DNA of 64,000 nucleotides from Dehalococcoidia bacterium (GTDB taxonomy: Bacteria > Chloroflexota > Dehalococcoidia > Lucifugimonadales > UBA1123): positions 876,653 through 940,652 of the forward strand of contig OZ241888.1 of NCBI GenBank assembly GCA_965202965.1. The letters run 5' to 3'. Within the stretch, counting starts at the first letter, position 1, and each line of letters begins with the position of its first letter. The position numbers were made by a program, and so were the translations under genes. The notes under the pieces are model-generated. The model made no database searches, was not told the origin of the DNA, and saw only the letters and a program-made list of their open reading frames with translations. This document shows positions 62,100 through 64,000 of this stretch, in pieces.

Positions 62100-62393
62100 C
62101 TATCTCCATCGGATGTCGCGGCGAGACCTGCGTCTTTGGTATGACTTCAGCGTCCTCCACAGCGAACTGACGATGAATACCGCTATCAGCCCGGCGCAGG
62201 CCCCGATAGGAACGAAGAGCACGCTCAGTCCGAGCGCGTACTGGAACACCGCCGGATCGAACGTCGGAACCGGCGGACCGTCCCTAATTTCCGAGACATA
62301 TCTGAGGTGATCAAGGCGATCTATATAGACGTAGATGAACGTCGCCAGGCCGCCGAGGATGGCGGCGGCTGTGTACCATATCTTCACATTCAA
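62100..62393 (-). CDS. Small membrane protein (2-3 TM), hypothetical
   Basis: 97-aa hydrophobic ORF. Its start overlaps the stop of the upstream MFS gene by 4 nt. Confidence 0.4.
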   Translation of the reverse strand: MNVKIWYTAAAILGGLATFIYVYIDRLDHLRYVSEIRDGPPVPTFDPAVFQYALGLSVLFVPIGACAGLIAVFIVSSLWRTLKSYQRRRSRRDIRWR

Positions 62394-63655
62394 GATCGAA
62401 CGCCTCCACTATCGAGTGCAGTTCCGGTTCGACGCGGCCTGCGAGAAATCATGTAAAGCAGCGCGGCTACGGTATATGCTACGGCGAAGGTCGCGAGGGC
62501 AGGGGCGTAGGATTCGGTCCTGTCGAACACCCAGCCCGCATACCACGGAGCGAAGAACGAGCCTACCGCATCGAATGCACGCATGATACCAGTTATCGCG
62601 CCGTAGTTGCGCCTGCCGAAGTAGTTGCCTATCGCTATCCACTGTAGTACGACGGCGCCTTCGTAGATGGCGAGGAGTACCACGAAGGGGTAGAGGCTGC
62701 GGACGCTGTCGGAGAATATGAGCAGGACGCACCCTGTTACCGCCGCGAACATCCCCATTGCTATCAGTGGCTGGAAACTGAGGCGGTGTCCGGCCATTCC
62801 GAGCGAGAACCGAAATGGAATGGACAGCAGGAAGAAGATCGCCACGAGTCCGGCGGCGAACTCTTCTTCCGCACCCTGCCAGACCATTATCGGGATGATG
62901 TGTATAGACAATCCCGTTTCTGCGGAGATGCGAAGCGTGGAAGCGGCGAGGAGAATCCAGAATACGCCCGTCTTGAGAGCTTCGGACAGAGAGAATTCGT
63001 AAGACGGGGGAGGACCTCCAGATTCCGAGGACGAGTTGGGTACTTGCTCTACTGCATCTACCTGTTCGGGTGGGGTGCGGACGAGGCGAGACAGCAGCAG
63101 CCCTGATGCGAGAACGAATATCGCGGAGTAGATCAGAGTGGGACGCCAGCCGATAGTCGCCACACCCAGCCCCAGCGGATACAGGAATATCGCACCCCCG
63201 GCTGCAATGCCGGTGAGCAGTATAGTGATGGCTATGGCCTTTCTTCGGACGAACCAGCCGTTGGCGGCGGCCATAAGGGTTGGTCCGAAGCCGAAGTGGG
63301 AGGGTACCGATACAAGGAGCACGTAGGCTACGAGAAAGAAGATGTAGTTGTTGATGAAGGTTACGGCGACGAGGCCGGCGGATGCGACTATCGTGCCAAT
63401 TACTATCAGGGGCCTGGGGCCGAAGCGATCCACTAGCCAGCCATACAGGGGCGCGGCGAGGCTGGACTGTGCGCGGGAGATGGTGAAGATGAGCGAGGTA
63501 TTGGCGCTGGAGAGGTTAAGGTCGCGCCTGATGGGATTGAAGAAGACCGCCGCGCCATGATAGAGAATACCACCGGACATGACGCCCAGCAGGGTTACGC
63601 CGAAAAGCACCCACCAGCCGGAGTATAGGTTTCGCAACCTGTCCAGGATGCGCAT
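62390..63655 (-). CDS. MFS transporter (12 TMS)
   Basis: 421 aa with about 12 hydrophobic segments and a central cytoplasmic loop (RLVRTPPEQVDAVEQVPNSSSESGGPPP). Confidence 0.85.
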   Translation of the reverse strand: MRILDRLRNLYSGWWVLFGVTLLGVMSGGILYHGAAVFFNPIRRDLNLSSANTSLIFTISRAQSSLAAPLYGWLVDRFGPRPLIVIGTIVASAGLVAVTFINNYIFFLVAYVLLVSVPSHFGFGPTLMAAANGWFVRRKAIAITILLTGIAAGGAIFLYPLGLGVATIGWRPTLIYSAIFVLASGLLLSRLVRTPPEQVDAVEQVPNSSSESGGPPPSYEFSLSEALKTGVFWILLAASTLRISAETGLSIHIIPIMVWQGAEEEFAAGLVAIFFLLSIPFRFSLGMAGHRLSFQPLIAMGMFAAVTGCVLLIFSDSVRSLYPFVVLLAIYEGAVVLQWIAIGNYFGRRNYGAITGIMRAFDAVGSFFAPWYAGWVFDRTESYAPALATFAVAYTVAALLYMISRRPRRTGTALDSGGVRS

Positions 63656-63669
63656 TTGGTTATCGGTAG

Positions 63670-64000
63670 TCAGTTTTCAGTGATCAGGCGGCGGGCGGTG
63701 ACCAGTTCTGAGAGGAGAGCGTCGTACTCAGCGCGGTCAACCGGAATGTCCACTCGCTTGTTCCTGCAACCCGATAAAGTCACGGCGGCTACGATCTCCT
63801 GCGATCTTAGTCCGTCCTCGCCGGTGATGGCGGGTTCCCGGTTCTCCAAGATCGCTAGAGCGAAGTCGTCAATGGCGGGCGCGTGGGTGCCGCTGACTGG
63901 CTCGAAGGTGAAGGTCTCCGTGGTGGCTTCGGGACTGTCGTAGGTGGGGGACTTGTCGTGCTGGATGAAGTCGTCCACAGTGGTCTCAAGCGAGTGAAGG
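63670..64000 (-). CDS. Gfo/Idh/MocA-family oxidoreductase, C-terminal part (5' end beyond window)
   Basis: The ORF stays open to the window end. FALAILENREPAITGEDGLRSQEIVAAV is typical of the C-terminal alpha/beta domain of this family. Confidence 0.6.
   Translation of the reverse strand, partial: LHSLETTVDDFIQHDKSPTYDSPEATTETFTFEPVSGTHAPAIDDFALAILENREPAITGEDGLRSQEIVAAVTLSGCRNKRVDIPVDRAEYDALLSELVTARRLITEN

Overview
Gene-dense, high-GC bacterial chromosomal segment. Sampled 60-nt lines in core genes are about 60-67% GC. I call about 62 protein-coding genes on both strands and found no rRNA, tRNA or CRISPR array. All domain calls come from motif recognition by eye, because no searches could be run.

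The core content is catabolic and redox paralogs:
- four luciferase-like (LLM) flavin oxidoreductases, one of them a fragment at the window start
- two SDRs, an amidohydrolase_2 enzyme and a family III CoA-transferase
- one large and one split ThDP (TPP) enzyme
- two tandem PLP aminotransferases and an FMN alpha-hydroxy-acid dehydrogenase
- an MtaA/URO-D-like methyltransferase

Transporters are two MFS proteins, one MMPL protein and a complete Dpp/Opp-type ABC operon. Housekeeping genes are recQ and a yebC-family regulator. This gene mix plus the abundant intergenic hairpin repeats resembles marine Chloroflexota of the SAR202 type, but that is inference only.

Items worth a second look:
1. A low-GC islet (about 360-3185) carries a two-gene BcgI-like restriction-modification candidate: a single-TRD S protein plus a fused nuclease-like/N6-MTase.
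2. Two diverged paralogous DUF1800-NHL propeller-DUF1501 cassettes (33.5-37.1 kb and 47.1-51.5 kb) lack export signals. The second carries an inserted, translationally coupled pair of PaREP1/HEPN-like genes.
3. Three tandem AIM24/DUF124 paralogs form one tight operon.
4. A MITE-like element with about 15-bp terminal inverted repeats occurs in three copies, two of which bracket a single BtuF-like gene.
5. A second hairpin repeat family has seven intergenic copies.
6. A recurrent A-rich AACTGA/AACTAA leader motif sits upstream of several unrelated genes.
7. Two further low-GC islets hold unknown secreted proteins (9.4-11.8 kb) and a coupled two-gene module (37.2-38.3 kb).
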